From: Antedon mediterranea
Lineage: Eukaryota > Animalia > Echinodermata
DNA: 64,000 nucleotides
Direction of reading: 5' to 3'
Assembly (NCBI RefSeq): GCF_964355755.1
Contig: NC_092671.1
Location: 19,778,001-19,842,000 of the forward strand
Shown piece by piece: positions 1 through 10,380 of the stretch. Below the pieces are notes generated by a model. That model was not told the DNA's origin. It searched no databases and saw only the letters and a list, made by a program, of their open reading frames with translations. The stretch's first letter is position 1. Every line of letters starts with the position of its first letter. Made by a program: the position numbers and the translations under genes.

Positions 1-1071
1 TGTTAAACGTGCAAATGAAATTCTAAAAATGTGTAAATTATTTTAACAAATCAGTTTAATCAACATTAAGAAAATGTGTAATTTTAAAATGCGCAAGTAA
101 ATCTTTTTTAGCTCAATCTCAATTTTAATAACTTGTTAATATTTTACTTTTATTTTTACAAATGTATGCGTAACAGATTTATATGAGCTTTGGTTTTAAA
201 ACTAATGAAAATACATTGCACTGATATAATTAAGTAATTTTGATTCAAATTGCGCAAAGAAATCATCGCAATTTCAAATTGCATAAATTCGTCAAATCGA
301 GCATGACACAAACACATTTTAAATATAATGTAGAAAGTCTAATGAACTGAGTTCATTATATTTTTTACATTTATTTAAAATAAGAAGACACTTCATTTTC
401 AATGGTGTGGAAGTATACTGGCATCACAGCAAGCAGCTACCACGTGTCTTGCATCCTGGGACATCGTTGTGGTTTTTGTTTTGTAACAAAACAGATGATT
501 TCATTTTTATGTTAGAAAAACATGTGGATACTTTAGAATTAGGTTATGACTTTAATTTTAACTAAACTGATTTTGGTTGAAGAAAATGATATGCACATTT
601 GTAGAATTTATTTTGCACATTTATCGTCAAAACTGATAGTTTTTACATGTAACGGCGTAATGTTTGCACATTAGTGGATTATGAATTTCTACAGATTTGC
701 ACATTTGAGGGTGCCATGTTTGCACAAATGTGGTTGTTTGCACATTTGAGTGCAAAATGTTTGCACAAATGTGACTTTTTTCACATTTCACGGCTTAATA
801 ACCCTCCTCTAAAGTTTTCAGTAGATAGAGCATTATGGTGAGACGTCTTTGTTTCTTTGCATTTTTTTCATTATTTCTAAAAAATATATATTTGACAGCA
901 TTCAATGTTTTATGTATGCTTAAATTCAATGAAAATGACAGTTTAAAATGTATTATTACGTGGTAGGTTTTATTAATATTCTGCATCAAACATTTTAAAT
1001 GATCAATACCTGACTTGAAACCTGTATTAATATTGTTAAATAATATGTTCGTTAACATTAACATATTTCAG

Positions 1072-4000
1072 ATGTACTGAAAGATGCCGTAGTGGTTTTT
1101 ACGGTTCTAAGTGTGAATTAAGGTGTGACTGTCCATCAGGAGTGTCCTGTTCAGATGACATCGGCATATGTACTTGTCCAACTGCAAAGTATGGTCCAAT
1201 GTGCTTGCTCGATTGTACCTGTTCTGGGTTAGGTGAATGCGACATATTTTCCGGCGAATGTAAAAATTGTAAAGATTGCCAAAATGAAGGTAAACGCATC
1301 TTATTCCATTTATTACATTTAGTCGCATTTTGCTCATGTCAATATGCCAAGCACATATGCCTAGCTCAAACGTTGATAAAATGCATATTAAACTGTTATT
1401 AAAGGGGGGTTCCGGGTTTAAAATGAATAGTAAAAAATGTAAAATATATTTGTTTGTCTCTTGAACGGTAAAAGTTTCAATTTATATAAGCGCCCAGTGA
1501 AGCAGAACGAAGGCTGTGAAATCAGGCCAGATTACAAGTGCAGCTACGGCAAAATCACACTGTGGTTACAAAATAGGAAATTCGTGAAATGGTCCATCTT
1601 CCGACGACTCGTTATCATAAACCATATCAATTACTTTTGTAAAATTATACTTATCTGATGTAATTTTAGTCGGTCTTCCCATTTATAAAGTCAATTTTTT
1701 ATGAAAATTCATCAAAACAGTGAAAAATTAGATATGTTTGCACTTTACGTTTGCCGATTTTCGCACGGACTTAGGGAAAAATCAAAATCAATGAAGCGTA
1801 ACGTATACTGTACATTCCTGCTGAGGATCGAGCGAGACGACGATACACGTGCTCTCTCCCCTGCCCATGCCTGGCATCGTCACGTGATAAGCAGATACAA
1901 CAATACCAAACTGGTCGGGTCTAGTATACCCCGTCTATAATCACAACATGAACGATGTACAGTATTTGATTGAAGGTTGACTTGACCTACCGGAATGGTA
2001 TAGATAATATAGCTCGAATGAGAGAGTTGAAATATTTGTGTAGTGCAGCCTATAGTAAAAGGCCTGGTAGTATCAATTCGCATATAATAGGGTCTACTAC
2101 ACTAGCTAGCTCAATTTTTAACTGGGCCGGATCGGCTAGGTCTCCTTCCTACTACCTGGTCTACTTGCTTGATGCATGAGTATCCGCTTTTTTGGAGAGT
2201 AAACTAAGCCTATTTTATTTTAGGCCTACTTAGACGATCGGGACACCATACGTGTGGACGGCGATCGGACCTTGTTTTGCTTCAATATTTACAGCCGATT
2301 TTGTAGAACGTTTTAGGTTTAGATTGTTTAGGAGTTTGGTTGATAGGATGGGTGTTGTTATTTATGGGCCAATCGTCTAGTAGTAGGCTAGCTAGGCCCA
2401 TGGGCCCCATTGTTTTAACGTAGCCATCGTGGCATGGAATCCCTAGTCAGAATGGCTCTCGCCCATATTATTATTAGGCTAGGCCTAGAGTAGTATTGTA
2501 CGTGAAGCCGATAATACGATCTGTACTATAGAGGTATAAAAATAGTATAATTTATGACTCCGTATCTGTACTAAATTTTGTATTTCATTAAATGTCAAAT
2601 AAATATATGCTACTACTGTTATTATTACACTTTAGGCCTAGCTTAGAAAATCTACAAAAAATGTATTTCACAATGATCGGGTGGTCGTCGTTTGACAGGG
2701 GAGAGAGATGTAAATTAGTTGACAAACACAACGTACATGACGTCGCGAGTTTGGAATCCACTGGTGACGTGATTTTGTGAATATCTCATGAATATTAATG
2801 AGCTTCCCTAAGCTGCTGAAAAACAGACTTTCCATGAATTTACCCTAAAATGTATATGAAATTTAATTTTTTTAATTTCTCGTTATTACTTCTTCATTCT
2901 GACATGTCTATATTGTTATAATATTTTTTATTTAATAAATAAACGATATTTAAAAGCAATTTTAAACCCAGAATCCCCCTTTAAGCTAACGTTTCCTTTA
3001 TCTTATATATACTGTGGCCTTTCTTCCTTGATTATGTAGGCCTAATTGTGGTAAGTGTATGCAACCTGCCACTAACCAGAACTATGATTAACAAATGTTT
3101 TATAGGCCTAAGTGGTACCATACATAACTTAAATTCAAACATTGGCACGTATTATCATCACTGTCACGTTTTGATACCAGAACAGTATAGATAGGCCTAC
3201 TTTATAGAATACATGATAGACTAGCTTACGGCTTTGATTAGACTTCAAGTACAAATACATTATGTCATGGGTAACTTATATTCATAATTACTACGAAGGT
3301 CGTTAAATAATTCACCTAACATGGAATGAAAAGTATATTGAACCGTTTGAAAAAATCTGAACTTACATTAAACGGTTACATTTAACTAAAAAACTATTGT
3401 TTGACAGACAATGGGCTTCTATCTGCTTTAAGTTACAGGTTTTTTTTCAGGTAGTAAATAATATTTTTGATCACATTTTTGGTCAATTCAAAGAGAATAA
3501 GTATTATATCATGTGAAGTTAAAATGGTATATTAAACAACTGTACAAATGTAACAAAAATACAGGGGACAATACATCCGTAATTTTAAATGTAAATGCTA
3601 CAACCGTAATATTAGAATACAACAAAGTTAAACTTATAGAAGAAAAAGAAAAATATACGTAATGAAATTACTTTTCAAAAGCATCATGTTTGTTGTTGTT
3701 AAAAAATATTAAAATTCGTTTCCTTTCTTCTTTTGTTTACAAAAGGAACTTCCTCGAAGTCAGTGACGGTCGGTGGTATATTTTTAGGTATCGCAATTGC
3801 TCTGCTAGCTATGCTCGTACTCACCATTTTTATGCGATATAAAGGCGTAAAGGTACTGAACTTGAGGTAAGCCATTGTATACAGAAATCCTAACATTTTC
3901 TGTTAAATAATTTATCCAACCCCAGATTTAACTTTGCCCCAGCTTATTGAACCTTATGTGAATCTAAGTTTAGTATTGACACGCAATTCATGGAATTAAA

Positions 4001-4510
4001 GATAGCTTCACAGATGAACAGTTTTAAATCGCCTTAAAATAAAAAAAAATTATGCTTGCATTATTTCTCTCCAGGAAATTGGAAAAAAATGATTCAGTGA
4101 TTAGAAACACACGTTCCTTAAGCTACTTTGGTGAGACCAGTTCAGGTACTTCTAATCAGAGATTCAAATTTAGAGGACCTCATTATGAAAGATCAATTCG
4201 AAACTACACCTTGCCCCCCTTACCGAGCCCAATCCCTCACCTAAACCATACGGTTCCAGAAGTTACGCCTACAGTAGTGAATGTTAGCCAACAGGGTACA
4301 AGGCTATACGAGGATCCGGAAAGTATACATATGCCTAACGTTGATTCTGCTAACAAAGAAAGAAACGAAAACAATGGCGAAGACATTGAAGTGAGTTCGA
4401 GACCTGAAGATGAACAAGGCATTGATGCAGATGAGACAGATATAATTGCGGTTGAAGCTAACGAAAATCCAAAGTATTTTCAATTAGAACACCCAATAGT
4501 AGGGTATTAA
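1072..4510 (+). CDS. 3' part of a spliced MEGF10/CED-1/SREC-like EGF-repeat type I membrane receptor (exons 1072-1289, 3746-3866, 4075-4510)
   Basis: Exon 1072-1289 (tttcag|...|gtaaac) reads CTERCRSGFYGSKCELRCDCPSGVSCSDDIGICTCPTAKYGPMCLLDCTC..., laminin-type/MEGF EGF repeats. Exon 3746-3866 (aaaag|...|gtaagc) reads TSSKSVTVGGIFLGIAIALLAMLVLTIFMRYK, a TM helix. Exon 4075-4510 (ctccag|) is a cytoplasmic tail ending NPKYFQLEHPIVGY*. Phases 2/1/2 join in frame. Upstream exons lie outside the window. Confidence 0.85.
1403..2980. mobile_element. Kolobok-like non-autonomous DNA transposon in intron
   Basis: TTAA on both sides (1399-1402, 2981-2984). Imperfect ~22-bp TIRs AGGGGGGTTCCGGGTTTAAAAT / reverse complement AGGGGGATTCTGGGTTTAAAAT. 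AG...CT termini. No transposase ORF. Confidence 0.8.
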
Positions 4511-7130
4511 AGACAGTGTTTACTTACTTCAGTTCAGGTAAAATCTGAGGACACGATCATTACTTGATATAAAATGCTTTAATTATTGATCCAAAATTAT
4601 GGTGTAGTGTACAAAATCGTTATCCCCGTTTCCCGCATGCGTTCTCTAAAATGAATGAATGAATGAAAACGGTATAAGTAGTAATCGGTAACATGTCCAG
4701 CGGATAGATGTATATTTGAAGTTGTGTATCTTTTCGTTAACTTCAGAGCCACGCAGCTTAACTTACGCGCGGTTTTATTTAAAAAAAAAATTTAAACGAA
4801 CTAACATTTCTAAATAAAAGTTGACACTAGTCTTTTTTGTATTAAGTGGTGAAAATAATGCTCAAATAAATTTAGAGCACGCGTTAGGCTTTTTTTTTTG
4901 CGACGCGCGGCGAGCAGCACTCGATACCGTATAATTTTACCATTTTCACCTGCTCTTTGTTCTTCACCCCCTATGTGATGCATGAATTACGTATAATATT
5001 TTCTCATCAACTGTGAATATAAAATATGAAGTATGTCAATGTCAAATGTAGCAAATCGTTTGGTCATCATTGAGGGAGAATTTTAAAACTATTATATAGC
5101 TCTTCGAAATTAAATATGAGCTTTAATGTAAACTGATGTACAATTTTATTGTAGGATATTGTGACGTCATCATATAAACGTTGTGTTTTATTCCTCGTTT
5201 ACTCGTTCTTTTTTAAAACATCCTTTCTTTCATTTATGCTACTTCCCATGACATTTTCCAGAACAAAGTAGGCCTAAAAAACCGTGACAATTAATTCCAC
5301 AGTATCTGATAATTGTCCGACCATTTGCACTACATAGGATTAAGGTATTTAACCGTTCTTTATTATCTTATCACGCGACGAGAATACCCTGCCAATAAAT
5401 AAAAGTAGGACAATTATTTCCACTAGGGACGTGACAGATTGTATATGAACCTACGTAACTGGATAGTTTTGCTTGGCTTACTTCCAATGAGAATGTCTTC
5501 AACTTGTATACCAAATCTTTAAAGTAATTTGATGTTACAGGTTTTCGCGCCGTGCCTTTGGGCAGTTATATTCAAGAAGTTGGAAGAATTAGGAAACTGT
5601 ATCACGCGGAAGTTTATAGTACTACGGCTGAAAAAATTGGTATTTGGAAACTCGGACTGGGCATGCGCAAATCCCTAAGCATGTCTGGGAGGAGAGTGTC
5701 TATATGTGATATATGCAAACAGTAGTCTGTAAGACCTGTTCAATCAGCAATGTTTTCGTTTTGGCTGTCAATTTATCATTGTCAAAACAATCCTATAACA
5801 ATATTTTTGGCGAATGGTGTGTATAGATGAACATTTTTTTGCAGGAAGCAAATTGGCAGGCGGATGATCTCATTTAGACAACGGCTGGCGGTTATCACAC
5901 AAATTTACGGGGCAACCCTATGTATCCCTGTAAATAAACTGTCACGTTTATACCTTCTGTTGGAACAGGTTGATATGAGGTCTAGAGGTGTGTGTCTGCC
6001 CTTTTCAATGCCTAGGCGCTCAGCGTCCAAATAATTATTATGACAAGATTATTATTAATATTTCTCAGCGACTGGTAACTCGGGAGTCACTCGTTACTCG
6101 GCAAGGTTCGCGTGCAAGGAAGGTTCGACCGGGTCGACACCCTGCTGCTTTTTCTTTTAGTTTAGTTTTATGATGCTGGGATTTGAGCATCCGGTCTGAT
6201 AGAAACTCTAGTTTACCTAGAAAGTCTGTTGTTGTTGACCATGAACTCTCTCGTCTTGGAATTAATGTTGCAGGGGAACGGCTTACGGGAAACGGCTCTA
6301 TTCGGGAAGCAAACTACACCCTTTACTGGTGTGGTTATTCTGATACCACGAGACCTAAGTATGGAGTTGGTTTTACTGTTCATAACCAGTTACTTTCTTG
6401 CATTCAGCAACCCATTGCAGTATCACCCCGTTTCATGGCTATACGTATGTGTCTGAAAAATGGTTACATTACCATAATATCTGATGCTCCAATATTAATA
6501 GACAATGCTTAATCAAACGTGGAACCAATCTCAAACTCCATCTGGTGACTAGCACTCATTGGCGATTTGAACTCTAAAATTGGCCCTGATTATAACTCTT
6601 GGTGTAATGTGATTGGACATCATTGAGTTGGTAGAATGAATGAGAACGGGCAACGTCTTCTTGAATTATGTGCTGACCTCAGTCTTTGTGTTGCCAACAC
6701 CTACTTTGAAGGTCTTTTTTGTACCAAAACAACCTCGTTCTCGCTGCTGGCATTAACTCGACCATGTTATTGTGAGACGTCATCAGCTATGTGAAGTAAT
6801 CCATTGCCGTAGCTTAAAGTCTGCTGACTGCAACTCTGACCATGCTCTTGTAAGACTAAACTTACCATTTCTTCAGCAACAACAAATCTCCTGGACCTGA
6901 CGGTATTCCACCAGAGGTGGTAAAATAGGTGGGGATGTCCTGACAACTGAGCTTCTTGAAATATTTAAAACTTGTGGGGCATTCAAGGTGTAGGCTTATT
7001 CTACAAGACAGGACTCCAACATTATACACTCTACAAAAACAAGGGCAGCCGTCACGATTGCAATACTTATAGGGGCATCTCTTTGCTTAACATAGCCGGT
7101 AAGATCCTTGCACGTACTTCTGCTTAGGCT

Positions 7131-8060
7131 TCACATTTTTTTTCCTATTAGGTTAAGGCAGAAATTATAGAGGGCCTGAATCCAAACATGAATATTCATG
7201 ATGTGACGGAAAACCCTGGAAATAGTTTCACTGTCGTCGCGCTGCTGCTGCGGTAGCTGCTGCAAAAACAATCACCAACCATGTAGCCGCATTGATTAAG
7301 AATTTGACACTAAAGCAACGCGACAACGCCAGGCTAGGCCTATAACTAGTGTACGATGTTCGTACGCTACCTCTCTTTACCAGCTAGACCTACCAACCTA
7401 AGCCCAACTAAGCTAGGTCTAGAAACGTCTACTAGAGAACTCTCGACGCGATCTACTTATCTTAGGTAGTGCATTGTTTTTCTCATAATTAACCTTAATA
7501 GATGTAATAAATTACCATTCCCTAACATATAGAGTAACATAGTATTTACATGAACATTATAGAATAAGGTGGTTTGATTTAAGAAACCATGTATAATTAA
7601 TAAAAACAATTAAGAAAATTCCAGAAGCACTATTAATAGAAACTGTAATCATGTAATAATGAGAAGTATAAAGAATGATCTAGAAGGATAGGAGCATCTT
7701 GTATATAAAGGGATGTAAACTATTGTAAGGTTGTTGGATTAGAGGTTGGATATTATATTGTAAAGTTATTGTGAAGCTGTTGTTTAAAGTGCTTACTGGA
7801 TTGTTAAAAGTTGAAGTTGATTGAAATTAAAGCTTTGTTTTGAGTTATTTTACAACTTTGTGGATTTTGTGTGTATACTTTTAAGTCACAAGGGAGTTCC
7901 TAAAGTATTTTCAACCGCTCGGAAACATACGTGAGAGGAGTTCGTGACAATAGAACGTACAGTTAAGACTAGAAATGACCAGAAATGATTTTAAAGTTAT
8001 ATATATGCATTATTTTTACCAAAATTGTTAACAACAACGTCGTGAAAAAATAGTACAGTA
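7131..8060. mobile_element. Non-autonomous TIR-type repeat inserted in the RTE; second copy at 32425-33183 in opposite orientation
   Basis: 7167-7500 and 7950-8020 match the reverse complement of 32620-33183 (e.g. CCAGCTAGACCTAC..CTAAGCCCAACTAAGCTAGG, GGTAGTGCATTGTTTTTC). Confidence 0.75.
7503..7949 (+). mobile_element. Solo LTR (447 bp) with 5-bp TSD
   Basis: Starts TGTAA and ends TGACA. Flanked by ATAGA at 7498-7502 and 7950-7954. Internal TATA-like GTATATAAAG (~7701) and ATTAAA (~7826). The paralogous host copy near 32695 has a single ATAGA (empty site). Confidence 0.85.
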
Positions 8061-8326
8061 GTCAGTAGGTAGTTTAGTAGATCTGGTCTCTATTTTAAAA
8101 CATCTGAGCTGTCCCGATATTTTACTCTCATTATTGATTGGGTTTCACCAAGATATGAAAGCCACAGTTCAATTTAATGGCACCAGATTTGAGGCAATAT
8201 ATCAGCCGTGGTGTGAAAGAGAGCTGTGTCCTTGCACCCACGCTCTTCGAAATTTTCCTTTTTGTTCTTCTCAAATATGCTTTTCAAGAACATTCTGGTA
8301 TATGCTGCACTCTCGAAGCACAGGTG

Positions 8327-9552
8327 TTTTTCACGCTGCTGCTCTAGCCAGCTACGTCCCATGAGGACTACTAATTCAGAAGCTAAAGCAAGTAGCAGTT
8401 ATAGAATCTAAGGCCGACAATTTTGCGACTTTGTAAACTCGACTATAATTTATAGATCCCAGCTGATGGACCTAAAAAACGTCTGGGAAACGAGAGTCTA
8501 TGAGGGCTCACGGTTGAACGATTTGGATTCTCGCCCTTTAATTGGTTGACGCGAATCAACAGACTGGGAATAATTGCTCACTTGTACTGCACGTTGTCTC
8601 TAGAGGGTATTCAGTTGCATGTCTACAGGCTGAGGTCACACACACACACATACACTATTTTTAAATGGGCATGTGATTCATAATTAAAGAACTATCTTTG
8701 ATTTGTATGTATTTTTGCGATTAAAGGACATTTTTTAATAATTAATCATAAATATATCTTGAAAGAATTTCATTTAGCTTCGATTTTGTATAGATGACAA
8801 ATTTCGTTTTTGTAAAAGCACAAGTTAACGGAGTACTTACTCGAACGTTTCGATCTCTATCAGAGATCCTTCTCAACTGACTGCGGAGTGTTAATGCAGC
8901 TTGGTCATTCTTGACGTCATCTGTTGATGACGTCGTACGCCTCCGGTTGTATGTTGGAGGTTTACATTGGGGAAACAGGGAGGGCATTACAAACACGAAT
9001 TAATGATCACAAAAAAGATGTTACAACAAACACGGGGGGAGTAATGACTAGGGCCTCCAGAACATCCACATCTTCGATCATACACAAATCTGCCATTACA
9101 GAACATGTCATAAAACACAATCATGTACCGAACTGGGAGGCTACCATCTTAACCAAAGAGCCTAAACGCAAAGACAGACAGATTAGAGAATCATTACATA
9201 TAAGGAGAAATAAAGAGAAGACCATGAACCGGGACACTGGAGCCCACGAACTCTCGCATTTGTACAATGATTTGATAGACACATCACCTGGCCGAGCCCC
9301 GCACAACCTCCAACATACAACCGGAGGCGTATGACGTCATCAACAGATGACGTCAAGAATGACCAAGCTGCATTAACACTCCGCAGTCAGTTGAGAAGGA
9401 TCTCTGATAGAGATCGAAACGTTCGAGTAAGTACTCCGTTAACTTGTGCTTTTACAAAAACAAAATTTGTCATCTATATAAATATATCTGATAAAAAAAG
9501 AACAATGATCAATTTTAAAATGTCGATCAGCGTTTTTTGTAAGAAATATTTC
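8327..9552. mobile_element. Interspersed non-coding repeat inserted in the RTE RT region (second copy 26770-27497, opposite strand), itself interrupted by a Penelope element
   Basis: 8327-8759 and 9480-9552 match the reverse complement of 26770-27497 (TTTGTAAACTCGACTATAATTTATAGATCCCAGC, GAGAGTCTATGAGGG, TTTTGTAAGAAATATTTCTTGTTTA). RTE coding resumes on either side (HSRSTG | LFNLSRL). Confidence 0.75.
8760..9477 (+). mobile_element. 5'-truncated Penelope-like element: GIY-YIG endonuclease C-terminal fragment between inverted pseudo-LTRs
   Basis: ORF 8924-9334 contains YIGETGRALQTRINDH...SAITEHV...RQIRESLHI...MNRDTG. 174-bp near-perfect inverted repeats at 8789-8962 and 9305-9478. Candidate 12-bp TSD ATAAATATATCT at 8748-8759 and 9478-9489. 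Confidence 0.85.
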
Positions 9553-10324
9553 TTGTTTAACCTGTCTAGACTCCGTGCGAAGACAAAGATTAAGAAAGTT
9601 TTTTGTGCATGAACTCCTATATGCGGATGATGATGCTATTGTTACCCACTCCCAATCTGAATTACAGGCATCTTGCAGCTCCTTTTCCTTCTCGGATTTT
9701 GGAATGTTGATCAACATCGGGAAAACAGTAATCCTGGCTCAGGGCACAGATGAAAAACCATCTAACATTTTAATTTATGGTAAGCCCATGTAAGGAAATT
9801 CACATATTCTACGGTGACACTAACTCACTAGATTTTGAGCTTATATATGTACCATTTTTAGAAGACTTCGTGCTTGTGTATGGAACAACCATAACATTGC
9901 CATCAAATTGAAGACTCGCATCTACATTGCATGTGTGCTAAGTGTCCTGTTATATTGCTCGGATTCCTGGACCACGTATCGTCATCAGAAAAAAGACTAA
10001 ACTCTTTTTTCACTTTCGCTGTCTGCGCTCAATCTTAGCTGTTTCTTGGCATGATCGTGTACCCAATAGTGTTTTGCTCTCAATTACTGGTACAACTGAT
10101 ATATTTACAAGTCTTAGAAAACTAATTGCAGATGTTTATAAATTACTGTATACAAATATTTTAACAAATAAATGAACCCAACAGAAGTACTTAGCTTAGT
10201 TAAATTATATTTTTTTATATAAATCTAATAGCAAATTACTGAAAAAGAGACAATGCTGTGGGTATCAAAAAATTAAGCAAAAAGCTAAATAAAAAAGGAT
10301 AAAGTAAAACTGCCAGAAAAGTTA

Positions 10325-10362
10325 GCAGAGCTTTCGAGCAACACTAACCCTTCATCAGTGCA
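10325..10362 (-). ncRNA. Minimal type I hammerhead-ribozyme-like motif of the kind found in Penelope pLTRs
   Basis: Minus strand reads GCA-CTGATGA-AGGGTTAGTGTTGCTC-GAAA-GCTC-TGC: both core boxes, a weak stem II, palindromic AGCT in place of stem III, and a 3-bp stem I. Confidence 0.5.
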
Positions 10363-10380
10363 AGTGAGCGTTCTTGATAA

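Larger units (their letters stand above)
5850..10125 (+). mobile_element. Decayed RTE-clade LINE in three pieces (~6150-7130, ~8090-8326, ~9553-10125) split by nested insertions
   Basis: APE endonuclease motifs (YTLYWCG...KYGVGFTVHNQLL, GDLNSKIG, MNENGQRLLELC). RT motifs YKNKGSRHDCNTYRGISLLNIAGKILAR, FHQDMKATV, LFNLSRLRAKTK...ELLYADD, INIGKTV, CLRSILAVSWHDRVPN. Many stops and frameshifts. 5' boundary approximate. Confidence 0.85.

Noticed and set aside
1-795. TTTGCACA-rich segment ending CACGGC
   Set aside because: Probably one end of a DNA transposon with subterminal repeats, but the other end is outside the window so it cannot be supported.
5590-5672. ~80-bp segment with an inverted copy at 47951-48033
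   Set aside because: Short dispersed-repeat fragment with no definable ends. Too far apart and too diverged to define one element.
5850-6130. HDV-like ribozyme in the RTE 5'UTR
   Set aside because: Known for some RTEs, but I could not build the nested double pseudoknot by eye. It needs a motif search.
8742-9612. ORFs 8742-8996 (-) and 9331-9612 (+) as duplicated genes
   Set aside because: They are translations of the two arms of the Penelope inverted repeat.
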